A stretch of DNA of 45,455 bases from Candidatus Kuenenbacteria bacterium CG08_land_8_20_14_0_20_37_23 (GTDB lineage: Bacteria > Patescibacteriota > Patescibacteriia > UBA2196 > GWA2-42-15): NCBI GenBank assembly GCA_002778965.1, contig PEXX01000046.1, forward strand, positions 1 through 45,455, written 5' to 3'. This document shows, in pieces, positions 1 through 9,388 of the stretch. The position numbers and the translations under genes are program-made. How positions within the stretch are numbered: position 1 is the stretch's first letter; each line of letters begins with the position of its first letter. The notes under the pieces are model-generated. The model did no database searches. It had not been told where the DNA came from and saw only the letters and a program-made list of their open reading frames with translations.

Positions 1-140
1 TCCATTAAATCCATATTATCATGGTCGGTTTTAGCAATACAAAACAAGCCATTTTTTTTGGCTTTTTTAACGAGATCAGTTGGCGTCAGCATGCCATCCG
101 ATGCTATTGTATGAGTATGCAGATCAATATTTATATTCAT
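1..140 (-). CDS. PHP-domain phosphoesterase (TrpH/YciV-like), N-terminal fragment running off the window
   Basis: Reverse-strand translation from the ATG at 140-138 reads MNINIDLHTHTIASDGMLTPTDLVKKAKKNGLFCIAKTDHDNMDLM, the classic PHP motif (DLHTHT..SDG...TDHD). The start overlaps the mraY stop as ATGA (137-140). Confidence 0.65.
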   Translation of the reverse strand, partial: MNINIDLHTHTIASDGMLTPTDLVKKAKKNGLFCIAKTDHDNMDLM

Positions 141-1174
141 TTATCTAAAAGAAATAGTACAATTCCCATTACGGCCGAAACTCCGGAAATTACCCAAAAG
201 CGCATCACTATTTTTGGTTCTGACCAACCGATAGCTTGGAAGTGATGATGAATTGGTGTAGAATGGAAAATTTTTTTGCCATTAAAAAATTTTTTGGCAA
301 TAGTTTGCATAATCACCGACCCGGACTCGGCAACCAGCAATAATCCAATGATCAAAAGCAGCAAAGCCTGGTTGGTAAGCATGGCCACTACGCCGAGTGT
401 CACTCCAAGCGACATTGCTCCTGTATCGCCCATGAAAAATCTGGCCGGGTTGATGTTGAACCACAGGAAAGCCAGTAATCCGCCACTTATTACCCCGCAA
501 AATGCGGCCAGCTCGACCCTGCCTTGCATAAAAGCAATTACGCCATAGGCGGCAAAAGCCGACAAGAGCGCTCCTCCTGATAGTCCGTCCAATCCATCAA
601 TTTCATTGACCGAGAACGCGGTTGCTATGATTACAATAATGAAAACGGGCACATACCAGAAACCAATGTTGAAATTCCCGACAAAAGGCACATGCAATAC
701 GTCCCAGCCAAGCTTGAAGTAAAACCAACAAGCGCCGATGATGGCAATACTTGTATAAATCAACAATCTGTGTTTCATATTAATTCCGCCTTTCCCATTG
801 CTTTTAATATCAATTATATCATCAATAAGTCCGACAACAGCGGCGGCAATCAACGCTCCAAGTGGCAGGAAAGTTTCCGCTCTGGTCAAAAAATTCAGTC
901 TGCCGATGGCGCTTTCCGGGAAAAAATAATGAATATAGAAAAAAATCAAAGCCATTATGAGTGTCACAAGCCAGATCAATATGCCTCCCATAGTAGGCGT
1001 GCCTTCTTTGTGTTTGTGCAAATTTGAAAAGATTGGAGTTTTTCCGGTGTCCCTGATGGCTTTGCCCATTTTGTGTTTATATAAAAAATGCGTCATGGCT
1101 GGCGTTAAAAATAGAGCCATTAAAAAAGCTATCGTTGTCAATGTCAGTATTTTGATAATAAAAAAATTTTCCAT
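137..1174 (-). CDS. mraY: Phospho-N-acetylmuramoyl-pentapeptide transferase
   Basis: 345 aa polytopic membrane protein with MraY hallmarks (GTPTMGG, VGLIDD, NEIDGLDGL, GDTGAMSLG, HHHF). Confidence 0.93.
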   Translation of the reverse strand: MENFFIIKILTLTTIAFLMALFLTPAMTHFLYKHKMGKAIRDTGKTPIFSNLHKHKEGTPTMGGILIWLVTLIMALIFFYIHYFFPESAIGRLNFLTRAETFLPLGALIAAAVVGLIDDIIDIKSNGKGGINMKHRLLIYTSIAIIGACWFYFKLGWDVLHVPFVGNFNIGFWYVPVFIIVIIATAFSVNEIDGLDGLSGGALLSAFAAYGVIAFMQGRVELAAFCGVISGGLLAFLWFNINPARFFMGDTGAMSLGVTLGVVAMLTNQALLLLIIGLLLVAESGSVIMQTIAKKFFNGKKIFHSTPIHHHFQAIGWSEPKIVMRFWVISGVSAVMGIVLFLLDK

Positions 1175-1220
1175 ATAATAAAAAACAAAATCGCCAGCAA
1201 CTTAATTTTTAAAAATTCGT

Positions 1221-1583
1221 CTATCTATTCAGCAAGACTGTTAAGACAGACATAATTATTAATAATATTTGACAGATGGTTGATGTCAAGGTAAGCAAGA
1301 TTGCCAGCAGCTTTACTTTTAGAAAGACAAGGTAAGCCAGTATGGAATTAACAAAAATAAAGATTATGCCAATCAAAGGAAAGACAAAGATGTGCCACCA
1401 TGGCCCGATTAAGTCTATGCCAAAGTAAATCGTGTAGCGCAGCGCCAGCGGCTCCACTTGAGGCGTTATTTTCAAGTAAAGCCAGCCAAGCATCAGTAAA
1501 TTGAGTATTACTGACAAGACTAGATTCATTCTGATAAACTTGTCGCTAAAAAATAAATTATTCTTTAAAAAAGGGAAAAGCAT
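1221..1583 (-). CDS. Hypothetical small polytopic membrane protein
   Basis: 120 aa ORF, 3-4 hydrophobic helices, same strand as mraY. No family recognised. Start uncertain (an internal Met sits at MNLVLS). Confidence 0.45.
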   Translation of the reverse strand: MLFPFLKNNLFFSDKFIRMNLVLSVILNLLMLGWLYLKITPQVEPLALRYTIYFGIDLIGPWWHIFVFPLIGIIFIFVNSILAYLVFLKVKLLAILLTLTSTICQILLIIMSVLTVLLNR

Positions 1584-1622
1584 GATTTTATTATATTCTT
1601 TTCAAGGCAAATAGTAAAGTTT

Positions 1623-1651
1623 TTGCCGTTTTGCTTGAATTGTGGTATAAT
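1623..1651 (+). promoter_or_regulatory. Sigma70-like promoter upstream of pilB (TTGCCG-17-TATAAT)
   Basis: -35 ttgccg at 1623-1628, 17 nt spacer, -10 tataat at 1646-1651, about 25 nt before the pilB ATG. Confidence 0.4.
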
Positions 1652-1676
1652 AGAAATAATCATAATATGATTTTTT

Positions 1677-3398
1677 ATGTTCAACCATATTGATATGGTA
1701 AAATCTTTGGCTGAAGCCAAGATTTTTAGCAAAGCCCAAATTAATAAATATGAACAAGAGGCAGCGTCAAAAAAAATTTCTTTGGCAGATTTTTTGATTA
1801 CAGAAAAAATTATTGATGAGAAGCAGGTTTTTGAGAAAATTGCCGAAATTAAAAAGATGCCCTTTGTTGATCTGTCAAATGAAATTATTAGAAAAGATAT
1901 CCTGGCGCTTATTCCGGAACCGATTGCGCAGTCTCACGGCCTTGTCGCCTTTGATAAAAAAAGAGGCAACCTTAAGATTGCCACGCTTGACCCAACAGAT
2001 TTACAGACCTTTGCTTTTATTGAAAAAAAAACAGAACTTAAGCCGGAGATATATTGTACTACGCCGTCTTCAATACAGAATGTTTTAAAGCAATATCACA
2101 AAAGCCTAAGAGCGGAATTTGAAAAAATAACAAAAAAAGAAATTATTGATGGCGAGCCTAAGAATCTAAAGGAGATGGCTGAAGATCTGCCGATTATTCG
2201 CGTAGTGGATACATTTTTGGAATATGCTATTTTTGAAGGCGCTTCTGATATTCATATTGAGCCGAGCGAAAAAGAGGTGGTTATCCGCTATAGAATCGAC
2301 GGCATCTTGCGTGATGTTATGACTTTGCCGAAGAAGATACATTCAGGGCTAACGGCCAGAATAAAAATACTGTCTAATCTCAAACTTGATGAGCACCGTT
2401 TGCCGCAGGATGGACGTTTCAAAATAGAAACAGATGAATACAGGATATCTTTCCGCGTTTCTATTATTCCTATTTTTGACGGTGAAAAAATAGTGATGCG
2501 CTTGTTGAATGAATCAAGCCGTATTCTTACTTTGGAACAGCTTGGTTTTCAGGAACAGCAGCTCAAGGCTGTGCGAGTAAATATTGGCAAACCTCATGGC
2601 ATGATTCTAGTTACTGGTCCGACAGGGTCAGGTAAGACAACTACTCTTTATACGATTTTAAATCTGTTGAATAAGCCTGGCGTAAATATTACTACTATTG
2701 AAGATCCAATAGAGTACCGTATGCCTCGCGTCAATCAGTCACAGGTAAATCCTAAAATAGGTTATGATTTTTCCGCTGGATTAAGAGCTTTTTTGCGACA
2801 GGATCCTGATATCATTATGGTTGGCGAGATTCGCGATAAAGAAACGGCTTCCATAGCTATTAATGCCGCCATGACAGGGCATCTTGTGCTCGCGACCTTG
2901 CACACAAATGACGCAGCAACTGCTTTACCGCGCTTAGACGATATGCAAATCGCTTCATTTTTGATTGCTTCAACAGTGAATGTAATTGTAGCCCAACGTT
3001 TAGTCAGAAGGATATGTCCGCATTGTATTGAGAAATATAAATTGGGAAAAGAAGTTATAGAGGAAATACAAGATCAATTTGACATGCAAAAGATTATGAA
3101 CATTTTTCGTAAAAATAAGCTTATAAAACCATCCCAAACAACAATATCAGACATAGATTTTTTCAGGGGTAAAGGGTGTAATCAATGCAAAGAGGGATAT
3201 AAAGGCAGGATTGGCATTTACGAAGTGCTTGAAGTCACGCCAGCTATAAGCGATTTAGTCATTAAAAAATCATCTTCAGAAATTATTAATAAAAAAGCCA
3301 GGGAACTCGGCATGATAAATATGCTTGAAGATGGATTTATAAAAGCTAAAAATGGCGTGACTACCATTGAGGAGCTTGTCAGGGTTACTAAAGAATAA
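1677..3398 (+). CDS. pilB: Type IV pilus assembly / type II secretion ATPase (PilB/GspE family)
   Basis: 573 aa. N-terminal T2SSE_N-like region, Walker A GPTGSGKTTT, Asp box, Walker B DPDIIMVGEIRD, His box ATLHTND, tetracysteine CPHC...CNQC. Confidence 0.92.
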   Translation: MFNHIDMVKSLAEAKIFSKAQINKYEQEAASKKISLADFLITEKIIDEKQVFEKIAEIKKMPFVDLSNEIIRKDILALIPEPIAQSHGLVAFDKKRGNLKIATLDPTDLQTFAFIEKKTELKPEIYCTTPSSIQNVLKQYHKSLRAEFEKITKKEIIDGEPKNLKEMAEDLPIIRVVDTFLEYAIFEGASDIHIEPSEKEVVIRYRIDGILRDVMTLPKKIHSGLTARIKILSNLKLDEHRLPQDGRFKIETDEYRISFRVSIIPIFDGEKIVMRLLNESSRILTLEQLGFQEQQLKAVRVNIGKPHGMILVTGPTGSGKTTTLYTILNLLNKPGVNITTIEDPIEYRMPRVNQSQVNPKIGYDFSAGLRAFLRQDPDIIMVGEIRDKETASIAINAAMTGHLVLATLHTNDAATALPRLDDMQIASFLIASTVNVIVAQRLVRRICPHCIEKYKLGKEVIEEIQDQFDMQKIMNIFRKNKLIKPSQTTISDIDFFRGKGCNQCKEGYKGRIGIYEVLEVTPAISDLVIKKSSSEIINKKARELGMINMLEDGFIKAKNGVTTIEELVRVTKE

Positions 3399-3403
3399 TT
3401 TTT

Positions 3404-4603
3404 ATGGCGTCTAAGAAAAATAAAAAAGAGAATGAAATTGAAGAAAATTACGTTGATTTTCAGGTTGAACGGAATGATGATGATAAAAATGATAGAAAAG
3501 ACAAGGCGCCTGAAGACTCCGCAGAAGAAAAGAAAAAAACATGGAAGGATTTTTTTATTAATTTGCAGACAATTAGTTTGACTGATAAGATTTTTTTTAT
3601 ACAGAATTTGCGCGTTATGCTTAAAAGCGGTTTATCTTTGAGCCGCTCAATGAAAATTATTGCCAGCCAGATTCCCAATAAGTATTTTAAGGATATTTTA
3701 GAGTGTGTTTCGCGCGACATTGAAAAAGGGATTTTATTTTCGGAGAGTCTCAAAAAATATCCGCGCATATTCAACGATTTATTCATTAATATGATAGGAG
3801 CTGGCGAGATATCCGGCGATTTGGAAGGAGTTCTTGAAAAATTGCATGTTCAGATGAAAAGGGATCATGATCTCATCGCCAAAGTCAAGGGAGCCATGGT
3901 TTATCCATTAGTTGTTATGGTTGCCATGCTTGGTATTGGCGCGGCAATGATTGTTTTTGTAGTTCCAAAGCTTGTTAGTATTTTTGAAGAATTTCAGGCG
4001 GATCTTCCATTGCCAACTAGGATGCTTATCAAGACAAGTAAGTTTATCACTTATAATGGCATGTTTGTAATTTTTCTTTTAATTGTTTCAATTGCCGCGT
4101 TTATAAAATTCGCTCGCAGTCGGCGTGGCAAAAAAATTTTGCATAAATTTTTTCTATCCGCTCCGATACTTGGAAGAATAAGTAAAAAAATAAATATTGC
4201 GCGTTTTTGCAGAACAGCATCTTCGCTTTTAAAAACAGACATTCCAATTGTTAAAAGCCTTGAGATAACCTCATCGGTTGTTGGCAATTTCTATTATCAG
4301 GAAGCTCTTAAAAAAGCTTCTCAGAAGATTGTTAAAGGCATGCAGATTAATCAAATTTTATCTGAAAGCCCAAAGCTTTTTCCGTTAACAGTTATTCAGA
4401 TGATCAAGGTTGGGGAAGAGTCAGGCGCAATAGATTCTGTGCTTGATGAAGTGGCGGAGTTTTACGAGGAGGACGTAAACCAGGTTATGGAAACGCTGCC
4501 CTCGGTGATTGAGCCGATTCTTATTCTCATACTTGGCTTGGGCGTAGGAGCCATGGCTGTAGCCATTATTATGCCCATGTATTCCCTGACGCAGACATTT
4601 TAA
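3404..4603 (+). CDS. pilC: Type IV pilus platform protein (PilC/GspF family)
   Basis: 399 aa. Duplicated T2SSF-type domain with three TM helices, 5 nt after pilB. Acidic/lysine-rich N-terminal extension. Confidence 0.9.
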   Translation: MASKKNKKENEIEENYVDFQVERNDDDKNDRKDKAPEDSAEEKKKTWKDFFINLQTISLTDKIFFIQNLRVMLKSGLSLSRSMKIIASQIPNKYFKDILECVSRDIEKGILFSESLKKYPRIFNDLFINMIGAGEISGDLEGVLEKLHVQMKRDHDLIAKVKGAMVYPLVVMVAMLGIGAAMIVFVVPKLVSIFEEFQADLPLPTRMLIKTSKFITYNGMFVIFLLIVSIAAFIKFARSRRGKKILHKFFLSAPILGRISKKINIARFCRTASSLLKTDIPIVKSLEITSSVVGNFYYQEALKKASQKIVKGMQINQILSESPKLFPLTVIQMIKVGEESGAIDSVLDEVAEFYEEDVNQVMETLPSVIEPILILILGLGVGAMAVAIIMPMYSLTQTF

Positions 4604-4609
4604 TTATTT

Positions 4610-4638
4610 TTGACTAATATTGACAAAAAAAATATAAT
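4610..4638 (+). promoter_or_regulatory. Sigma70-like promoter (TTGACT-17-TATAAT)
   Basis: ttgact at 4610-4615, 17 nt spacer, tataat at 4633-4638. The implied transcript start near 4645 argues against the GTG start at 4647 in the ORF track. Confidence 0.45.
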
Positions 4639-4715
4639 ATGTTATTGTGTATATACAAATTAAATTAATATATTTTTGGCTAATATTGGCAATATTTTTT
4701 TGTTTTCGCATCAAT

Positions 4716-5837
4716 ATGACAAACATTCTGGACAAAGTAATAGAATCTCAAGATGAGAAAATTAAATCCAATCTAAATCTATCAGAGTTGGTTAATTTCC
4801 TTTTGCAAAATTTAACTCAAAGAGAACGCGATATTTTGATAGCTAGGTTTGGATTAAAGCTGGCAGAGAACTCAACTCTTGATGCTATTGGCAAACAATT
4901 TAATATTACGCGCGAAAGGGTGCGCCAAATTGAAAAATCCGCTTTAACTAAAGCGCGTGCTACCGTCGGTTGCCAAGAGAAACTGGCTGGCTTGATTAGC
5001 TTAGTTACTAAAAATTTGAGCGCTCATGGAAATTTGCGTTTAGAGAATTCGCTTTTTAATGATCTGCTTGAAACAAGCGAAAATGAGCAAGTTGACAAAA
5101 ATGCTCTCCTTTTTATATTGAGAAATTTTCTTAATGACCATTTTGAGCCATTGGATATTATTTATACAGATTCTGCATGGAAGCTGAAAAATAAAAGTCA
5201 CGTTTATTTTGATTATTTCGTCGGGCACATAAAAGATATCCTTAATAAACACTCAAATCCATTGCATTTAGACGATATTATTGGAGAAATTAAATCCAAG
5301 GTTGACATAGAAAAAATTAAAAAATTGGAATCCGAAGTTGGGGACATATCTAAAACAATTCATTCATATCTTGAGATAAGCAGACATTTTAAAAAAAATA
5401 TTTTTGATAAATGGGGCATAACAAACTGGCGTTCTATTAGCCCGAAAAGAATGCGGGATAAAATATACCTTATTCTGAAGAAAGATAACAAACCGCTTCA
5501 TTATAAGCGCATTACAGAGCGCATCAACGAGGAAAGATTTGATAAAAAAATCGCATATGCTCCAACTATCCACAATGAACTTATTCTTGACAAACGTTTT
5601 GTCTTGATTGGCAGGGGTATTTATGCTCTTATTGAATGGGGATACAAGCCAGGATCAATTTCTGAAGTTATCAAAGACATAATGACCGCCAAAGACGAAT
5701 CATTGTCAAGAGAAGAAATTATTAAAGAAGTTTTGCAGCGCAGAATGGTTAAAGAGGGCAGTATCAATTTGGCGTTGCTTGACAAAAATACATATTTGAA
5801 GCTTGAGGACGGTCGTTTTGCGCTATTAGCTAAATGA
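4716..5837 (+). CDS. Sigma-70 region 4 domain protein with C-terminal HARE-HTH-like domain (not a complete sigma factor)
   Basis: Start moved to the ATG at 4716 (MTNILDK). LTQRERDILIARFGL...STLDAIGKQFNITRERVRQIEKSAL is a region 4.2 HTH. C-terminal MRDKIYLILKKDNKPLHYKRITERINE...GRGIYALIEWGY resembles HARE-HTH. No region 2 sequence visible. Confidence 0.7.
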   Translation: MTNILDKVIESQDEKIKSNLNLSELVNFLLQNLTQRERDILIARFGLKLAENSTLDAIGKQFNITRERVRQIEKSALTKARATVGCQEKLAGLISLVTKNLSAHGNLRLENSLFNDLLETSENEQVDKNALLFILRNFLNDHFEPLDIIYTDSAWKLKNKSHVYFDYFVGHIKDILNKHSNPLHLDDIIGEIKSKVDIEKIKKLESEVGDISKTIHSYLEISRHFKKNIFDKWGITNWRSISPKRMRDKIYLILKKDNKPLHYKRITERINEERFDKKIAYAPTIHNELILDKRFVLIGRGIYALIEWGYKPGSISEVIKDIMTAKDESLSREEIIKEVLQRRMVKEGSINLALLDKNTYLKLEDGRFALLAK

Positions 5838-5901
5838 TGATTTTGAAAAATAGCTTATGAAGTGGTATGATTAGAATACCACAATTGTCATAATTATTTT
5901 G

Positions 5902-7395
5902 ATGATAATTGCGGCAGTCGTGGTATTTTTTAGATTATCATTTTCCAAAATAAATATTAGCATGCTTGTGAATTTATATTATAATCTGAAATATTTTATA
6001 GTAGGATTAGGCAGCCATCATCCATTTGAGATAATCTGGATATTATTTATAAACGGCGGGTGGATAATTTTTGTTATTGTAATTCTGTACGGATTGTGGT
6101 GGGCATATCTCAATCATATTCAAGATAAGTGGCATGCGACAATAAGATGGACTCTTTTGGCCATTGATGTTCCCAAAGAAAACTTACAGTCAGCAAAGGC
6201 TGTTGAACATATTTTTGCTTCAATGTGGCCTTTTATTGAATCTAAAAATTTAATTGAAAAATATATTTACGGCATGTTTCAGCTCGCTTTCAGTCTGGAA
6301 ATAGTCAGTATCGGCGGTTATACCCAGTTTCTCATCCGCGTACCTGTTACTCATAAGGATATTGTTGAAGCGGCTGTTTATGCCCAATATCCAAAGGCGG
6401 AGATTACTGAAGTGGAGGACTATGCCGAGAAATATAAAGATTTGAAATTCCCATCCGAAGAATATGATCTCTGGGGTTCTGAATTTTTGCTCACTAAGCC
6501 GTCGCCTTATCCGATTCGCACATATGCGGCGTTTGAGCACACACTGACGCAACAGTTTGCCGACCCAATGGCGCAGATTGTTGAAGTGTTCAACAAGATC
6601 AATAAAGATGAAGAATTATGGATGCAGATTGTCATTACTCCAGTTAAAGATGAATGGAAAAAAGAAGGATATAAGATAATAAATAAAATAATCGGCGCGA
6701 AAGAAGAAGGAAAAGGAGTTTTCATCGAGAATCTTTTTTTACATCCGTTTTATTATATTGGCACTCTTATTGAAGAGCTTTTAATATATGGCATCGGTTA
6801 TGAGCCTGGTCAAGCTGATCCAGCAAGTAAAAATAAGCTAAACGAACCGCCAAATAAAATGCTATATCTTACCCCGGAGGAAAAAAATATTATTGAAGGC
6901 ATTACAATGAAGATGAGCAAAATAGGGTATAGGGCGAAAGTCAGGGCAGTTTATCTCGGTAAAAAAGGAACGTTAAATAAGCCTCGCGCCGTGGCCACGT
7001 ACATTGGCGCTTTACAGCAATTTTCAGCCATTGATATGAATTCTTTTGTGCCACAAATGAAGACTTCTACTAAGGCTGATTATTTTTTTGTTAAGAAAAG
7101 GATTGAATGGAAACAAAACAATATCTTGCGTAATTTTCGCAATCGCGGACAAACCAGCGGCTGGGGAAATGGTTTTATTTTAAATATTGAAGAATTGGCC
7201 TCCATATATCATTTCCCGATACCGGAAGCTTTGCGCGAGAGCCTGAAAACCGTTGCAGCCAAAAAAGAAGCTCCCCCGAGCGATTTGCCGGATACTATTT
7301 TTGTTAGTGAGCAGAAAGCGATTATGGCTGATGAATTGGCTGCTTCAAAAAAAGAGAGCGTCACAGCGGAGCCACCTTTAGATTTGCCGATGTAA
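5902..7395 (+). CDS. Hypothetical membrane-anchored protein, partner of the downstream TraD-like ATPase
   Basis: About 497 aa. Two to three N-terminal TM helices, then a large soluble domain and an acidic/proline tail. Stop at 7393-7395 lies 1 nt before the next ATG. No family recognised. Start could be 5899 (TTG), 5902 or 5962. Confidence 0.6.
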   Translation: MIIAAVVVFFRLSFSKINISMLVNLYYNLKYFIVGLGSHHPFEIIWILFINGGWIIFVIVILYGLWWAYLNHIQDKWHATIRWTLLAIDVPKENLQSAKAVEHIFASMWPFIESKNLIEKYIYGMFQLAFSLEIVSIGGYTQFLIRVPVTHKDIVEAAVYAQYPKAEITEVEDYAEKYKDLKFPSEEYDLWGSEFLLTKPSPYPIRTYAAFEHTLTQQFADPMAQIVEVFNKINKDEELWMQIVITPVKDEWKKEGYKIINKIIGAKEEGKGVFIENLFLHPFYYIGTLIEELLIYGIGYEPGQADPASKNKLNEPPNKMLYLTPEEKNIIEGITMKMSKIGYRAKVRAVYLGKKGTLNKPRAVATYIGALQQFSAIDMNSFVPQMKTSTKADYFFVKKRIEWKQNNILRNFRNRGQTSGWGNGFILNIEELASIYHFPIPEALRESLKTVAAKKEAPPSDLPDTIFVSEQKAIMADELAASKKESVTAEPPLDLPM

Positions 7396-7396
7396 T

Positions 7397-9289
7397 ATGT
7401 CAAATAATAATAATGACGTTACATATTTTGCCGAGACTAATTTCAGAAATGAAAATCGTCGTTTTGGCATTAAACGCGACGACAGGCGGCGCCATTTTTA
7501 TGTAGTCGGTAAAACTGGCATGGGAAAGACGGTAATGATTTCCAATATGATTATTCAAGATATTGAGAGAGGCGAAGGCGTCGCTGTTGTTGATCCGCAC
7601 GGTGAATTAGTAGAGGGGCTTCTTTGTTCTATTCCGTCTTCAAGAGTCAACGATGTTGTTTATTTCAATCCGGCAGACTTGGAATATCCGATAGCTTTCA
7701 ATATTCTCGAAAGTGTTGATGACGAGTACAAACATCTTGTGAGTTCTGGCTTGATGGGTGTGTTTACCAAAATCTGGGCCAATATGTGGTCTGCTCGCAT
7801 GGAATATATTCTGAACAATTGCATTCTTGGATTATTAGATTCGCCAGGTAATACTTTACTCGGAATTAACAGGCTGTTGGTTGATAAGATTTATCGCAGG
7901 AAAGTTGTAGACAAGATTAAAGATCCTGTTGTTAAGGCGTTCTGGGTGGACGAATATGCCAATTATAATGAACGTTTTCGCACTGAAGCTATTGCCCCAA
8001 TACAAAATAAAGTCGGCCAGTTTCTATCAAGTTCTATTATCAGGAATATTGTTGGTCAGCCGAAATCAACTATTGATATGAGGGAACTGATGGATAATCA
8101 AAAAATTATTCTTCTAAACCTATCAAAAGGCAGGGTCGGCGAGGATAATTCAGCGCTTCTTGGAGCTATGATGATTACAAAAATTCAACTTGCGGCAATG
8201 AGCCGGGTCAATATTCCGGAAAATGAGAGAAAAGATTTTTATCTGTATGTTGATGAATTTCAAAATTTTGCCACTGAATCATTCGCGGACATATTATCTG
8301 AAGCAAGAAAATATAGACTTAATCTAATTATGGCTCATCAGTATATCGCGCAGCTCACAAGTCTTGGAGGAACTGGCGCGAGAATCACCAAAGTTAAAGA
8401 TGCTGTTTTTGGCAATGTTGGGACTATAGTTGTTTTTAGGGTTGGAGCTCCAGACGCGGAGGAACTGCTCACTGAATTTGAACCTTATTTTTTGGAAATT
8501 GACTTAATTAATCTTTCTAAGTATCAGATTTATCTCAAACTTATGATTGACGGTGTGTCTTCCAAGCCTTTTTCCGCGAGAACCATTCCGCCATTTCAGG
8601 CCAAAAATACAGCTGACGCTGAAAAAGTAGTTCGCGTTTCGAGAGAGCGCTACGCCAATCAGCGTAACGAAGTTGAGGAAAAGATTATGCGCTGGTCTGG
8701 CTTAGAGGAGACGATGCGTGGGGTTGCGGAAGATCAGCGGTTTACTGACGAAGAAGCTATTTTTAAGTCAGGATATGTCAGTAAGCCATCTGCCAATGCC
8801 GCTGTCGTAAGCGCTATTAAAAAAAGCGCTGGACAAGCTGGCACTGGAAATAAATCTTTTTTACCAGAAAAAACAGAAACGCGCGCAAAAAAAATAAAAA
8901 CAGTTTGCGACAATTGCGGTGATGAAATATATATCAAATTTAAGCCCGATGGGAAGCGCAATGTTTTTTGTTCCGAATGTCTCAAAGAATTTAAAAACGG
9001 CAAAATAGATATTGCGCGCCTTGATAAAAAAAATATTAATAATCAATTAGATGATGGCATTATTCATCCTCGCGCAACTACTTTAACGCGTCCTGCGGAT
9101 AAGACGAATAAAGTTGGCAGCGCAAAGCCGCGCGTAGTTGATTCAGTTGATAGCCATAAAAATTATAAGACTATATCATTGTCCGATGCTATTAAGCGGA
9201 ATCCGATTAGTTTCAATGACAGAGTTGCCAATGATCCAAATTATAAAAACAATCTCCAGCCAGGGGTAGTAGTTAATTTAGATAAATAA
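7397..9289 (+). CDS. TraD/VirD4/TraG-like P-loop NTPase (FtsK/HerA superfamily) with C-terminal CxxC-x17-CxxC zinc ribbon
   Basis: 630 aa. Walker A GKTGMGKT (aa 38-45), Walker B-like FYLYVDEFQNF, KYRLNLIMAHQYIAQL typical of coupling-protein-type ATPases. No N-terminal TM helices. Cys504/507/525/528 are encoded at 8906-8980 (CDNCGDEIYIKFKPDGKRNVFCSEC). Confidence 0.8.
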   Translation: MSNNNNDVTYFAETNFRNENRRFGIKRDDRRRHFYVVGKTGMGKTVMISNMIIQDIERGEGVAVVDPHGELVEGLLCSIPSSRVNDVVYFNPADLEYPIAFNILESVDDEYKHLVSSGLMGVFTKIWANMWSARMEYILNNCILGLLDSPGNTLLGINRLLVDKIYRRKVVDKIKDPVVKAFWVDEYANYNERFRTEAIAPIQNKVGQFLSSSIIRNIVGQPKSTIDMRELMDNQKIILLNLSKGRVGEDNSALLGAMMITKIQLAAMSRVNIPENERKDFYLYVDEFQNFATESFADILSEARKYRLNLIMAHQYIAQLTSLGGTGARITKVKDAVFGNVGTIVVFRVGAPDAEELLTEFEPYFLEIDLINLSKYQIYLKLMIDGVSSKPFSARTIPPFQAKNTADAEKVVRVSRERYANQRNEVEEKIMRWSGLEETMRGVAEDQRFTDEEAIFKSGYVSKPSANAAVVSAIKKSAGQAGTGNKSFLPEKTETRAKKIKTVCDNCGDEIYIKFKPDGKRNVFCSECLKEFKNGKIDIARLDKKNINNQLDDGIIHPRATTLTRPADKTNKVGSAKPRVVDSVDSHKNYKTISLSDAIKRNPISFNDRVANDPNYKNNLQPGVVVNLDK

Positions 9290-9388
9290 ATCTAGCACAT
9301 ACACCTGCTGTATTAAATCTTGCGGAGAGAATTTATCTTGCTATTCTGAAATGTTCTGTGTAAAATTAAAATTGATATTCTATTAACA

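Noticed and set aside
276-1178. Plus-strand ORFs 276..548, 692..1027 and 957..1178, and the minus-strand ORF 282..500, all overlapping mraY
   Set aside because: They are shadow frames of a confidently identified gene. Their translations are low-complexity with no recognisable motifs.
5902-9289. Integrative conjugative element or plasmid remnant, suggested by the TraD/VirD4-like ATPase
   Set aside because: The window shows no relaxase, VirB4, VirB6, integrase, flanking tRNA or direct repeats, and the flanking genes are housekeeping. It is treated as a chromosomal module of unknown role; a whole-genome view could revise this.
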